Shown here piece after piece: positions 8,739-17,200 of a stretch of 64,000 nucleotides of DNA (position 1 is its first letter; each line of letters starts with the position of its first letter). The stretch is taken from the NCBI GenBank assembly GCA_020636775.1, contig JACJXF010000002.1, positions 144,331-208,330 on the forward strand. The letters run 5' to 3'. Both the position numbers and the translations under genes were made by a program. The DNA comes from Bacteroidales bacterium. Its GTDB lineage: Bacteria > Bacteroidota > Bacteroidia > Bacteroidales > GCA-2748055. The notes below the pieces were generated by a model, which did no database searches, was not told the DNA's origin, and saw only the letters and a list, made by a program, of their open reading frames with translations.

Positions 8739-9665
8739 ATGATGAGAGCAATTAGTTACATATTAGCAATATTTTTATTGAGTTCTTGTGCTTCGATAAT
8801 GAATCAGCCAACAACAAAAATTAAAATATACTCAGATAATTCTACTGAAATAGTTGTCGGTAATAACACTTATAAAATTGAACATGAAGAAAAGGTTCAT
8901 GTTAAAAGACAGAAAGATTCTCTGATATTAATTGCAAAACAAGATTCCTTGACTAAAACGTTTATTTTGAAACCCAAAAATTCTTTTAATTATTATGCAA
9001 ATGTACTTTCATATGGACTTGGATTTATTTGGGATTCAAAATCGGAGAAACGATACACTTATCAAGGAAACTTATACATTGATTTTAGTTCACAAAACTT
9101 GAGGAAATTTAAACCAAATAAAAAAGGACAAATAGATATTCAATTTTCACTTCCTCATATTAATTCTCTCTACTTACGACCTCTAAATGAATCTTCAAAA
9201 GCAAATATTGGATTTTGGGGCATAACAGGTGGACTTGAATATTATTATAAAGACAACAAATCATTAGGATTATCAATTAGTGCAGTCTCTGACTTTTTTG
9301 TTCCATTTCCAGCAGCAGTTGACATTAGTGGTGAATATGAATTAATGAGTTCAACGTATATAAGCCTGACAGATAATTTGAAAATAAGGGACTTTAGCAT
9401 TGGTTATGGGATAAATTATTCAAAAAATAATTGGGACTTAAGATATTATGATGCGTTTGACCCTGCACCTCCATCAAGAGAACCTGTTTTTAAATCATCA
9501 CAATCATTTGGCTTGACATTAAATAGTTATTATAGATTAGGAAAGCATTTCAATATCGGCGTAATTTATAGACCGACTTTTTTAAGAGTCAAACCAAGTA
9601 CTGAGTTTGTATATGAACATTTGATAAGTGTTGACTTTGCTTGGAAATGGAAAATAAAGAAATGA
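8739..9665 (+). CDS. Hypothetical lipoprotein (cassette 1)
   Basis: 308 aa with a lipoprotein signal (ILAIFLLSSC) and an aromatic-rich, beta-strand-like composition. The ATG lies 2 nt after the GTTACCAACC core. Confidence 0.6.
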   Translation: MMRAISYILAIFLLSSCASIMNQPTTKIKIYSDNSTEIVVGNNTYKIEHEEKVHVKRQKDSLILIAKQDSLTKTFILKPKNSFNYYANVLSYGLGFIWDSKSEKRYTYQGNLYIDFSSQNLRKFKPNKKGQIDIQFSLPHINSLYLRPLNESSKANIGFWGITGGLEYYYKDNKSLGLSISAVSDFFVPFPAAVDISGEYELMSSTYISLTDNLKIRDFSIGYGINYSKNNWDLRYYDAFDPAPPSREPVFKSSQSFGLTLNSYYRLGKHFNIGVIYRPTFLRVKPSTEFVYEHLISVDFAWKWKIKK

Positions 9666-9674
9666 ATTAAATAC

Positions 9675-9807
9675 GGTTGGTAACAATGTATATACAAAAT
9701 AGGCGTAATAGTAGTAATTTCAAGGGCTGTAACCCGCTCAAAAATTCTAACGGTTTGATAAGTTTGAAGCCCGCAATCGCCTACTTTGCATATACTAACC
9801 GTTGTAT
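9675..9807 (+). repeat. attC-like recombination site 1
   Basis: It starts GGTTGGTAAC and ends AACC-GTTGTAT. L-box-like arms GTATATACAAAATAGGCG (9688-9705) and CGCCTACTTTGCATATAC (9778-9795) pair with 2 mismatches. It is about 87% identical to site 2 over the same length, by my hand alignment. Confidence 0.75.
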
Positions 9808-9873
9808 TCAAGTGTGTAGACATTCCTGCAATTAATTTTATATCCAAATCACATAAAATATCAATTTAGTGTT

Positions 9874-9881
9874 TATATTTG
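9874..9881 (+). promoter_or_regulatory. Candidate Bacteroidota -7 promoter box (TATATTTG) for cassette 2
   Basis: An exact TAnnTTTG match 28 nt upstream of ATG 9910. I saw no clean -33 TTTG at the expected spacing. Confidence 0.35.
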
Positions 9882-9909
9882 TAAAATATTTACATAAATA
9901 GATGATAAA

Positions 9910-11169
9910 ATGGTATTAGAGATTCGCCTTAGTAATTTTTTTTCAATAAAAGATGAAGTTGTATTAGACTTCAGGGCAGCCAATATAAAATCAGCAAATG
10001 CAAAAGCATTAAAGAATAATTTATTTGAACAAGATAAAACAGGTATATTAAAAACACTGATTATATATGGAGCCAACGCTTCTGGGAAAAGTAATATAAT
10101 AAAAGCTATACGTTTTTGTAATGCAATGGTTTTTGAGTCACATAATCATAATGAAAATACTATTTATAATTTTATTCCTTTTAAGTTTGAAAACTACAAC
10201 AATAAACCAAGTACATACTTTATACGATTTGTTTTAGGTGAAATTGAGTATGAATATTCTTTCTCATTGACACGTACTTCAATAATTACTGAAAGTTTAT
10301 ATTATTATCCAAAAGGTCGGATTAAGGAGATATTTACACGTGATGAGCGAAAAGGAAAAAGTAAGAAAGAAAAATACACATTTACGGATGTGATTAAAAG
10401 ACCATTTGATGTTGCTGAAAATACATCTGATAAAACATTATACATTTCCCGAGCAAGTCAAATGGATAGAGACTTAGCAAAAGAAATTTTTAATTATTTC
10501 AACAAAACTTTTATTTTAAATTATTTAGGTTTTGGAATTTCTGCGATAGAAAACATCACAAATCTTAATAAACAACAATTAATAGATGCTTTAAAAATAG
10601 CGGATAGCGATATTGAAGAAGTAAAAATTAAAGTGCTGAAAAAATCGGGTAAAAATATTCATGCCGATTTGACAAGTATGACTTTAAAAGTGGAAGATGT
10701 TGTGCAAGACCATTTGCAGATTAAAACATATCATAAAACAAATCCGGGTGTAGCTTTTGATTTTCTCACAGAGGAGTCACAGGGAACTATAAAACTTTTT
10801 TTTATAATGCTTACTCTTTTAGATGTTATCAAGAATAACAAAGTATTACTAATTGATGAAATTGAAGAAAGTCTTCACCCTAAGATTATTGAATATATTT
10901 TTAATCTGTTTAGAGCTGGAGAAAAAGCTCAACTACTTTGCACAACACATAACACACAATTTCTTGACCTTAAAAAATTTCGTAAAGACCAGATTTGTTT
11001 TGTCAATAAAAGTATGACTGGTGCTACTGACTTATATTCTCTTTATGATTATAGTGACTTCCGAGATACTATGGATTTGGAGAAAGCATATATGCAAGGA
11101 CGTTTCGATGCAATTCCAATAGTTAATGATTCTTTTGACGAGCTAAAAAGTTTATTGCATGAAAAGTAA
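9910..11169 (+). CDS. AAA_15/AAA_21-type ABC-like ATPase (OLD/AriA/AbiLi/RloA-like), cassette 2
   Basis: 419 aa. Walker A is GANASGKSN, Walker B is VLLIDEIEESLHP, and the H-loop is CTTHN. The N-terminus (LSNFFSIKDEVVLDF) is typical of this defence-ATPase family. Confidence 0.8.
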   Translation: MVLEIRLSNFFSIKDEVVLDFRAANIKSANAKALKNNLFEQDKTGILKTLIIYGANASGKSNIIKAIRFCNAMVFESHNHNENTIYNFIPFKFENYNNKPSTYFIRFVLGEIEYEYSFSLTRTSIITESLYYYPKGRIKEIFTRDERKGKSKKEKYTFTDVIKRPFDVAENTSDKTLYISRASQMDRDLAKEIFNYFNKTFILNYLGFGISAIENITNLNKQQLIDALKIADSDIEEVKIKVLKKSGKNIHADLTSMTLKVEDVVQDHLQIKTYHKTNPGVAFDFLTEESQGTIKLFFIMLTLLDVIKNNKVLLIDEIEESLHPKIIEYIFNLFRAGEKAQLLCTTHNTQFLDLKKFRKDQICFVNKSMTGATDLYSLYDYSDFRDTMDLEKAYMQGRFDAIPIVNDSFDELKSLLHEK

Positions 11170-11722
11170 ACGACAGGCATCAAAAGGAAAAAAAATTAAT
11201 CCGCATTTTTGGGTTTTCTGTGAAGGAGAAACAGAAGAAGCATATGTCAGGTTTTTACGCTCTGAATATAGGTTGCCAGTAGAAATAATACCCAAAGTTA
11301 CTGGTTCTAGTATAAATGAACGTTTTATTAATTCATATAAAAAAGGAAAACCTATTCACGAGAAAGATAAAGATTTTCTAATATATGATGCGGATGTTCC
11401 AGAGGTTCTTGAGAAACTTAAAAAAATTAATAAAGCTATTCTTTTGGTTTCTAACCCTACAATTGAGCTGTGGTTTTTGCTTCATTATAAAAATCAGACA
11501 GCGGCATTGTCAGGAGATGATTGTGTTAGAGAATTGAGTAATCGAAATAGAAACAATTACATGAAGGGAATAATTGATAATCCTTTAAAAGTAAAATTAA
11601 AGGAAAAGTGTAGTGATGCATGTAACCGTTCTAAACAACTTGAATTATTAGAAAATCCTTCGACTAATTTGTATGTTTTCATTGAATCACTTGAAGAAGT
11701 AAAAAAAGAAAAAATGCAATAA
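11159..11722 (+). CDS. RloB-like (TOPRIM-related) protein, partner of the ATPase, cassette 2
   Basis: 187 aa. It has FWVFCEGETEEAYV (a conserved Glu) and LIYDADVP (DxD-like). It overlaps the ATPase gene by 11 nt. Confidence 0.7.
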   Translation: MKSKRQASKGKKINPHFWVFCEGETEEAYVRFLRSEYRLPVEIIPKVTGSSINERFINSYKKGKPIHEKDKDFLIYDADVPEVLEKLKKINKAILLVSNPTIELWFLLHYKNQTAALSGDDCVRELSNRNRNNYMKGIIDNPLKVKLKEKCSDACNRSKQLELLENPSTNLYVFIESLEEVKKEKMQ

Positions 11723-11726
11723 ACAC

Positions 11727-11860
11727 CTGTATACAACAATGTATATACAAAATAGGCGTGATATTAGTAAATTCAACGGTTGTAGCCCGCTTCAACTTCT
11801 CAACGGTTTGATAATTTTGAAGCCCGCAATCGCCTACTTTGCATATACCAAACGTTAGCG
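11727..11860 (+). repeat. attC-like recombination site 2
   Basis: It starts CTGTATACAAC and ends AAAC-GTTAGCG. Its inverted arms are the same as in site 1. It begins 5 nt after the RloB-like stop. Confidence 0.75.
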
Positions 11861-11897
11861 GTCATATAACTTCACATCTCAATTTAACTATTAATTT

Positions 11898-11928
11898 TTT
11901 GCATAGAATTAATTAAGTGCTAACTTTG
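11898..11928 (+). promoter_or_regulatory. Bacteroidota sigma-A type promoter for the mazEF cassette
   Basis: The -33 TTTG (11898-11901), a 19-nt spacer and the -7 TAACTTTG (11921-11928) match the TTTG-N19-21-TAnnTTTG consensus exactly. The ATG is at 11948. Confidence 0.6.
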
Positions 11929-11947
11929 TAATTACAAAACAAAGATT

Positions 11948-12193
11948 ATGGAACTCTCAATTGTTCAAATAGGAAATTCAAAAGGTATAAGGTTAAGTAA
12001 AACCATCCTTGAGAAATATGATATCAAAGATACTGTCGAAGTTATCCTTGAAAAAGGCTTTATTGTGTTAAAGCCAAAACCCTCTCCCAGGAAAGGCTGG
12101 GATAAAGCCTTTAAAAAGATGCACGAAAAAGGTGATGACAATCTTTTAATGAACGATGTTTTTGAAGACGAAAATCTTGAAGAATGGAGCTAA
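11948..12193 (+). CDS. mazE: AbrB/MazE/SpoVT-family antitoxin (cassette 3)
   Basis: 81 aa. The N-terminus IVQIGNSKGIRLSKTILEKY is a swapped-hairpin AbrB-type fold motif. It overlaps the toxin gene by 10 nt. Confidence 0.8.
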   Translation: MELSIVQIGNSKGIRLSKTILEKYDIKDTVEVILEKGFIVLKPKPSPRKGWDKAFKKMHEKGDDNLLMNDVFEDENLEEWS

Positions 12194-12507
12194 ATCAATA
12201 TTCCGTTGTATTAGTTAATCTTGATCCTACGTTAGGAAGTGAGATTAAAAAGACAAGACCTTGCGTTATAATCTCTCCGGACGAAATGAACCATTATTTA
12301 AGAACGATAGTTATTGCTCCAATGACAAGTAAATCAAAAGATTATCCAACAAGAGTTAAGATTAAACAGAATAATAAGGAGGGCTGGATTGTACTTGACC
12401 AGATTCGCACCATAGATAAGCAAAGAATAATAAAAGTTTTTGAGAATTTGAATAAGAAAGAAATTGAAAAAGTAAAGCTTGTTATTAAAGAAACTTTTGT
12501 CGATTAA
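12184..12507 (+). CDS. mazF: PemK/MazF-family endoribonuclease toxin (cassette 3)
   Basis: 107 aa. The sequence VVLVNLDPTLGSEIKKTRPCVIISPD...IVIAPMTS...LDQIRTIDKQR is the classic MazF/PemK pattern. Confidence 0.85.
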   Translation: MELNQYSVVLVNLDPTLGSEIKKTRPCVIISPDEMNHYLRTIVIAPMTSKSKDYPTRVKIKQNNKEGWIVLDQIRTIDKQRIIKVFENLNKKEIEKVKLVIKETFVD

Positions 12508-12512
12508 AAATA

Positions 12513-12643
12513 CGCCACTAACAGCGTGTAAATGTCATTGCCACTTTTCTCTTCCCTACTGGCTTTAATTCAAAATTATTACATAACTTTATTTAAAGAT
12601 GTTCGTCTATGTGGCAACGCCACTTACACGCGGAACGTTGCAA
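12513..12643 (+). repeat. attC-like recombination site 3 (sequence family differs from sites 1/2)
   Basis: It starts CGCCACTAAC and ends GGAAC-GTTGCAA. Arms CGTGTAAATGTCATTGCCAC (12525-12544) and GTGGCAACGCCACTTACACG (12611-12630) form an imperfect inverted repeat (GTGGCAA and TTACACG blocks perfect). It starts 6 nt after the mazF stop. Confidence 0.7.
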
Positions 12644-12890
12644 GCAATTTTGACCCGTCCTAATAATGACCTTACATTATAATTAAAAATCATTATGTGC
12701 CTGATACACGCAAAATTGAAAAATTCCAGCCCCTGAAAGACACTTAAACTATTAGCCCAAAGCGCTTATTTTAAGGGCGTTACACATAATAAACTTTGCA
12801 AAGGCCTGTCGGGAAACCGCTTCAAAATGCCCGAAGTTTCAATCCCTAAACGTCCCCCGTTCCTCTCGCCTCACCCCTCGCAACTCCTTT

Positions 12891-13847
12891 TCACCCAATC
12901 CCATTCCATACCATCAGCCAAAACGGAATCGCAAACAAACACACAATATAGCTCACGAAAATAATGCCACCTACTTTCCCGATATCACCTCCATAGGTTC
13001 TTACCATCAGGATGTGTGCGGTGGCGGGTGCGGTGGCCGACTGGAGAATTAATACCTGGGCGAGCAGCGGATAGCTCTGACCGGTTTTTAAAAAGTATAA
13101 GGCAGCTACAGTAGCAGCAGGAAGAATGATGAATTTCACAAAAACAATACGAAAGGTATCCCAGAAAGGAGGAATCTTTCGCATCGACATGGCCAGGGTG
13201 GAGCCCAGGACAAAGGTGGCGACAGGCACCGTGGCATTCCCCAGCATGCGACTTGCATCCACTAAAATTTCGGGAACAAAGCGCTTTCCTCCCGTGAGAA
13301 CAAGAAGAATACCCAGCAAACTGGCGATAAACGGAGGAGTCACTATTTTCTTAAACAGACTGCCGTTTTTACCATCCTTTGTTATCAGAATTTTTCCAAC
13401 CGACCACATAATTGGATTCAGTCCCATGAGCACTAGAAAGCAAATCAGTGAAAACTCAGGAAACTGATCCTTAAAAGCAAATTCGCCAATGGGCAGGGCC
13501 AGGTAAACAGCATTCTGCATTCCGGACAGGGGAAAGAGAGATTTCTTTTCTTTAATGTTCCTGGCAAATAAAAGACCGGAGAAAATAAGTCCCCCAAATG
13601 CCAGCGCCATGGCTACCAGAGGGGCGTACCACCAATACGTCTGTGCAGCGGGATCAAAACTCTTCATGATGGTGGCAAAAATCTGAAGAGGAAGAAAAAC
13701 CCTGACGACCAGGACCGACAATCCATCAATAAACTCCTCAGTAAACACCTTTTTATAACTCATATATCCGGCCAGGGATGCAATAAGAAACACTTTGAAT
13801 ATTGCCTGGAAGATGCTGAAAAAGGTCCCTGTGAAGAAGCTTTCCAT
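12891..13847 (-). CDS. AEC-family (auxin efflux carrier-type) membrane transporter
   Basis: A polytopic membrane protein. I place the start at MESFFTGTFFSIF (ATG 13847). The longer track ORF (to 13994) only adds a His/Val/Leu low-complexity translation of the 9-bp repeat array. Confidence 0.75.
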   Translation of the reverse strand: MESFFTGTFFSIFQAIFKVFLIASLAGYMSYKKVFTEEFIDGLSVLVVRVFLPLQIFATIMKSFDPAAQTYWWYAPLVAMALAFGGLIFSGLLFARNIKEKKSLFPLSGMQNAVYLALPIGEFAFKDQFPEFSLICFLVLMGLNPIMWSVGKILITKDGKNGSLFKKIVTPPFIASLLGILLVLTGGKRFVPEILVDASRMLGNATVPVATFVLGSTLAMSMRKIPPFWDTFRIVFVKFIILPAATVAALYFLKTGQSYPLLAQVLILQSATAPATAHILMVRTYGGDIGKVGGIIFVSYIVCLFAIPFWLMVWNGIG

Positions 13848-13903
13848 GATAGGATTGTGGGTGTTGTTGAAGGGAGCAAAAGTAGGGAAATTTTTTGGAA
13901 CAT

Positions 13904-14112
13904 GGTGGGCGTGAAGGGCGTGAAGGACGTGAAGGACGTGAAGGGCGTAAAGGACGTAACGACCGTAACAACTGTGATGGACGTGATGGACCAACCGTAA
14001 CGACCGTAACGACCGTTACGTCCGTAACGACTGTGATGGTAACAACCGTAACGACCGTAACGACCGTAACGTCCGTTACGTCCGTGATGGTAACGACCCC
14101 AACTACCGTGAC
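13904..14112. repeat. About 23 tandem units of a 9-bp repeat (GTGAAGGRC / CGTAACGAC / GTGATGG variants)
   Basis: Read directly: ggtgggcgt gaagggcgt gaaggacgt gaaggacgt gaagggcgt aaaggacgt aacgaccgt ... gtaacgacc gtaacgacc gtaacgtcc gttacgtcc. It lies between the divergent AEC transporter and ccsBA genes. Confidence 0.9.
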
Positions 14113-14217
14113 TTTTTTCATTCCCAATAAATAAATACCTTTGAGTCTTAAATAAAAGTTGCCATCTTTGCGTTTCGTAATCTGACTACAATTCAATCTT
14201 AAAACTGAATCTTCCAA

Positions 14218-17200
14218 ATGAAAAAATATATCAACTTTCTTTTCTCGATGCGGTTTACCGCGATACTATTTGTCGTGTTTGGACTTTCAATTGCAACAGC
14301 GACATTTATTGAAAATGACTTCGGAACCGACTCGGCCAGGGCAGTAATTTATAATACCAAATGGTTTGAGCTGGTTCTTTTTCTGGGAATGATCAATCTG
14401 ATCGTTAATATTTTCAGGGCGAAACTGTATAAAAAGGAAAAACTTCCCATGTTTATTTTCCATATCGCTTTTGTGGTAATCATTCTGGGTGCCGGTATTA
14501 CCCGCTATATCGGATTTGAAGGCTCTATTGGTATTCGCGAGGGAGCATCCTCCAATACCGTGGTTTCTGATAAGGCATATATTCAGATCGAAGCAAAGCA
14601 GGGGGAGAATGTTTATAAACAAGAGGATTATGTTCTCTTTTCCCCCTTAAGGAACTCCCGGTATTCTTCCAGGCTTGGCTCGGGCGACAAGAAGATTGAA
14701 GTAAAGCTTGCTGAATTTATACCGAATGCTTCTGAAACACTGGCTCCTGCAGGTGACGGGGAGCAAGGCTTTACCATGCAGGAAATGGTGATCTCAGGCG
14801 ATAACGGTCGCGAAACAGTTATAATGAAGGAAGGGGATGAGAGAAGATTTAAATCCATCTGGATTAGTTTTAGCGGATCTCAGCACCAGGACGGTGTACG
14901 CATCACAAATAATGGTGGTCGTGCCATGATCTCTGCCTCCTTCGATTTTACGGTAATGAGCATGGCCGATCAGTCGACCGTGACCTTTAAAGCCGACAGT
15001 ATCTATCCTTTTCTTCCCATGCACCTCTATAACTTCAACGGGGTGATGGTGGTACCCCAGTCATTTATGGAGAATGCCATTATCAGGCCCATGAAAAATC
15101 CGGGAGCTGAAAAAAATATGTTTATGGATGCTCTTGTATTCAATGTAAGCTCCCAGGGACAGAGCAAACAACTCACGGTTTGGGGCAAGAAAGGAGTAAT
15201 AGGGGAAGCCGCAAGCACAGAAATAGCAGGTTCCAGAGTGGATATTTCATACGGATCCATGGCTGTCAGCATTCCTTTTTCCTTGCGACTTGAGGACTTT
15301 TTCCTTGAGCGTTATCCTGGATCAAATTCCCCATCCTGGTTTGAAAGTAAGGTAACTCTTTTTGATCCTGTGAAAAAGATCTCTGAGCCTCACCGCATTT
15401 TTATGAATAACGTTCTTATTTATCAGGGATACCGTTTCTACCAGTCCTCCTACGATAACGACGAACACGGAACCATACTCTCCGTGAATAAGGATTTCTG
15501 GGGAACCTGGGTTAGTTATATTGGTTACCTGCTGATGGGACTGGGAATGGCCATGACCCTTTTCAACCCTAACAGCAGATTCACCCTGCTTTCACGTAAG
15601 ATTAAAGAAGTTCGCGAGAGTCGCAAATTACTGACGGCATTACTATTCGGACTCTTCATGATGGCCGCTCCTGCCAATGCGCAGATGAGCAGCCTGCCTC
15701 ATTTTATTGATCCGGCACACGCCAAATCCTTTGGTGAGCTTCTGGTTCAGGATCACGGGGGAAGGATAGAGCCGATCAACACGATGAGTTCAGACATTGT
15801 AAGAAAAGTTGCCCGGAAAACGGAAATCAATGGATTAAATCCTGATCAGGTTATTCTCGGAATGCTCCAGGATCCCGGATACTGGCAAACGGTAAGAATG
15901 ATCAGGGTTTCAAATGACCAGCTTGCCCGCGAGTTAAATCTGGATTCGAAATATGCTGCCTTCCAGGATTTTCTGAATAACGAGGGCTATGTTTTACAAT
16001 CGGCTGTTGAACAGGCTTACAGAAAGAAGCCTGCGTACAGAAGCAAGTACGATAATGAGCTGATGAAGGTGGATGAGAGAGTAAACATATGCTACATGAT
16101 CTATTCGCAGGGACTTTTAAAAGTATTACCCAAAAAAGATGATGTTACCGGCAAATGGTATACTCCGGTTGAGGCCGGTCAGGCATTTACCTCTGATGAC
16201 ACAGTTTTCACACGGACCATTTTCCCTGTTTACCTTCAGTCGCTTGATCAGGCTGTTCATTCCGGTGATTATACACAAGCCAATGAATATCTTACGTATC
16301 TGAAATCCTATCAGCAGAAATATGGTGCCAGTCTCCTTCCGTCTGAAAATACCAGAAAGCTGGAGCTATACTACAATAAACTTGGTATTTTTGGCCGTCT
16401 GTCGGGAATTTACGGACTAATTGGCTTTGTTTTGCTCATGCTTCATTTTGTTCAGATATTTATGACCCGACTGAAGCTGGATAAGATCATTACAGTAGCC
16501 AGCTGGCTGGTAATCCTTACATTTATTGCACACACTGCAGGTCTGGCCATGCGCTGGTATATTTCCGGTCATGCTCCATGGAGTAACGGATATGAGGCGC
16601 TGGTTTATATTTCCTGGGCAACCATTCTGGCCGGACTTATCTTTTCCCGGAAATCAAAAATTACACTGGCTGCCACCGCAATACTTGCATACCTTATTCT
16701 TTTTGTGGCTCACCTCAGCTGGATGGATCCGGAAATCACCAATCTGGTTCCGGTGCTTAAATCCTACTGGCTCGTAATCCACGTGGCCATTATCACTGCC
16801 AGCTATGGCTTCCTTGCCCTGGGTGCTGTTATGGCTGCCATCAACCTGTTCCTCATGATTCTTAAATCGGAAAAGAGCATGAAGCGTGTGGATCTGGTTA
16901 TTCAGGAACTGAGCTATATTATTGAAATGACGCTTATCGTAGGGCTTTTCATGGTTTCAATAGGAACTTTTCTTGGTGGCGTCTGGGCCAATGAATCCTG
17001 GGGTCGCTACTGGGGATGGGATGCGAAGGAAACCTGGGCACTGGTAACGGTTATTGTCTACAGCTTTATTGCCCATATGAGGATGGTTCCCGGCCTGAAG
17101 GATATTTATAAATTCAACCTGGCGGCTTTGGTGGGCTTCAGTTCGGTAATCATGACCTACTTCGGGGTAAATTATTATTTATCGGGATTGCATTCCTATG

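Larger units (their letters stand above)
8727..12643 (+). mobile_element. Integron-like gene-cassette array (3 cassettes, no adjacent integron integrase; CALIN-like)
   Basis: There are three co-oriented coding units, each followed by a 131-134 bp AAC...GTT element with internal imperfect inverted repeats. The first bases of each cassette are the reverse complement of its own element's inverse core: 13/14, 7/7 and 7/8 matches (see findings). Confidence 0.75.

Noticed and set aside
9566-9847. A 93-aa minus-strand ORF spanning attC-like site 1, and the 60-aa ORF 11557..11739.
   Set aside because: Both overlap the 3' ends of well-supported + strand genes and the structured repeat. They have no motifs and no independent start context.
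9675-12643. The ~130-bp repeats or the 8-9 bp arrays as CRISPR arrays.
   Set aside because: The 130-bp elements are separated by whole genes (0.8-2 kb), not by 30-40 bp spacers. The 8-9 bp arrays are contiguous with no spacers. No cas genes are present.
12644-12890. A possible fourth, degenerate cassette after site 3. The junction reads GTTGCAA at 12637, and a TCGCAAC at 12878-12884 could be a matching inverse core.
   Set aside because: Only 5/7 bases match, no inverted arms follow, no ORF is present, and the candidate site runs into the 3' end of the AEC transporter gene. It is probably coincidence.
13753-14217. Long ORFs across the 9-bp array: 13753..14217 minus, 13895..14134 plus, and the N-terminal 49 codons of the 12891..13994 ORF.
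   Set aside because: The translations are pure low complexity (VTVVTVVT, SRPSRPSRP, HVLHVLHAL) produced by an in-frame 9-bp repeat. The transporter has a normal start at 13847. I treat the region as non-coding repeat DNA.
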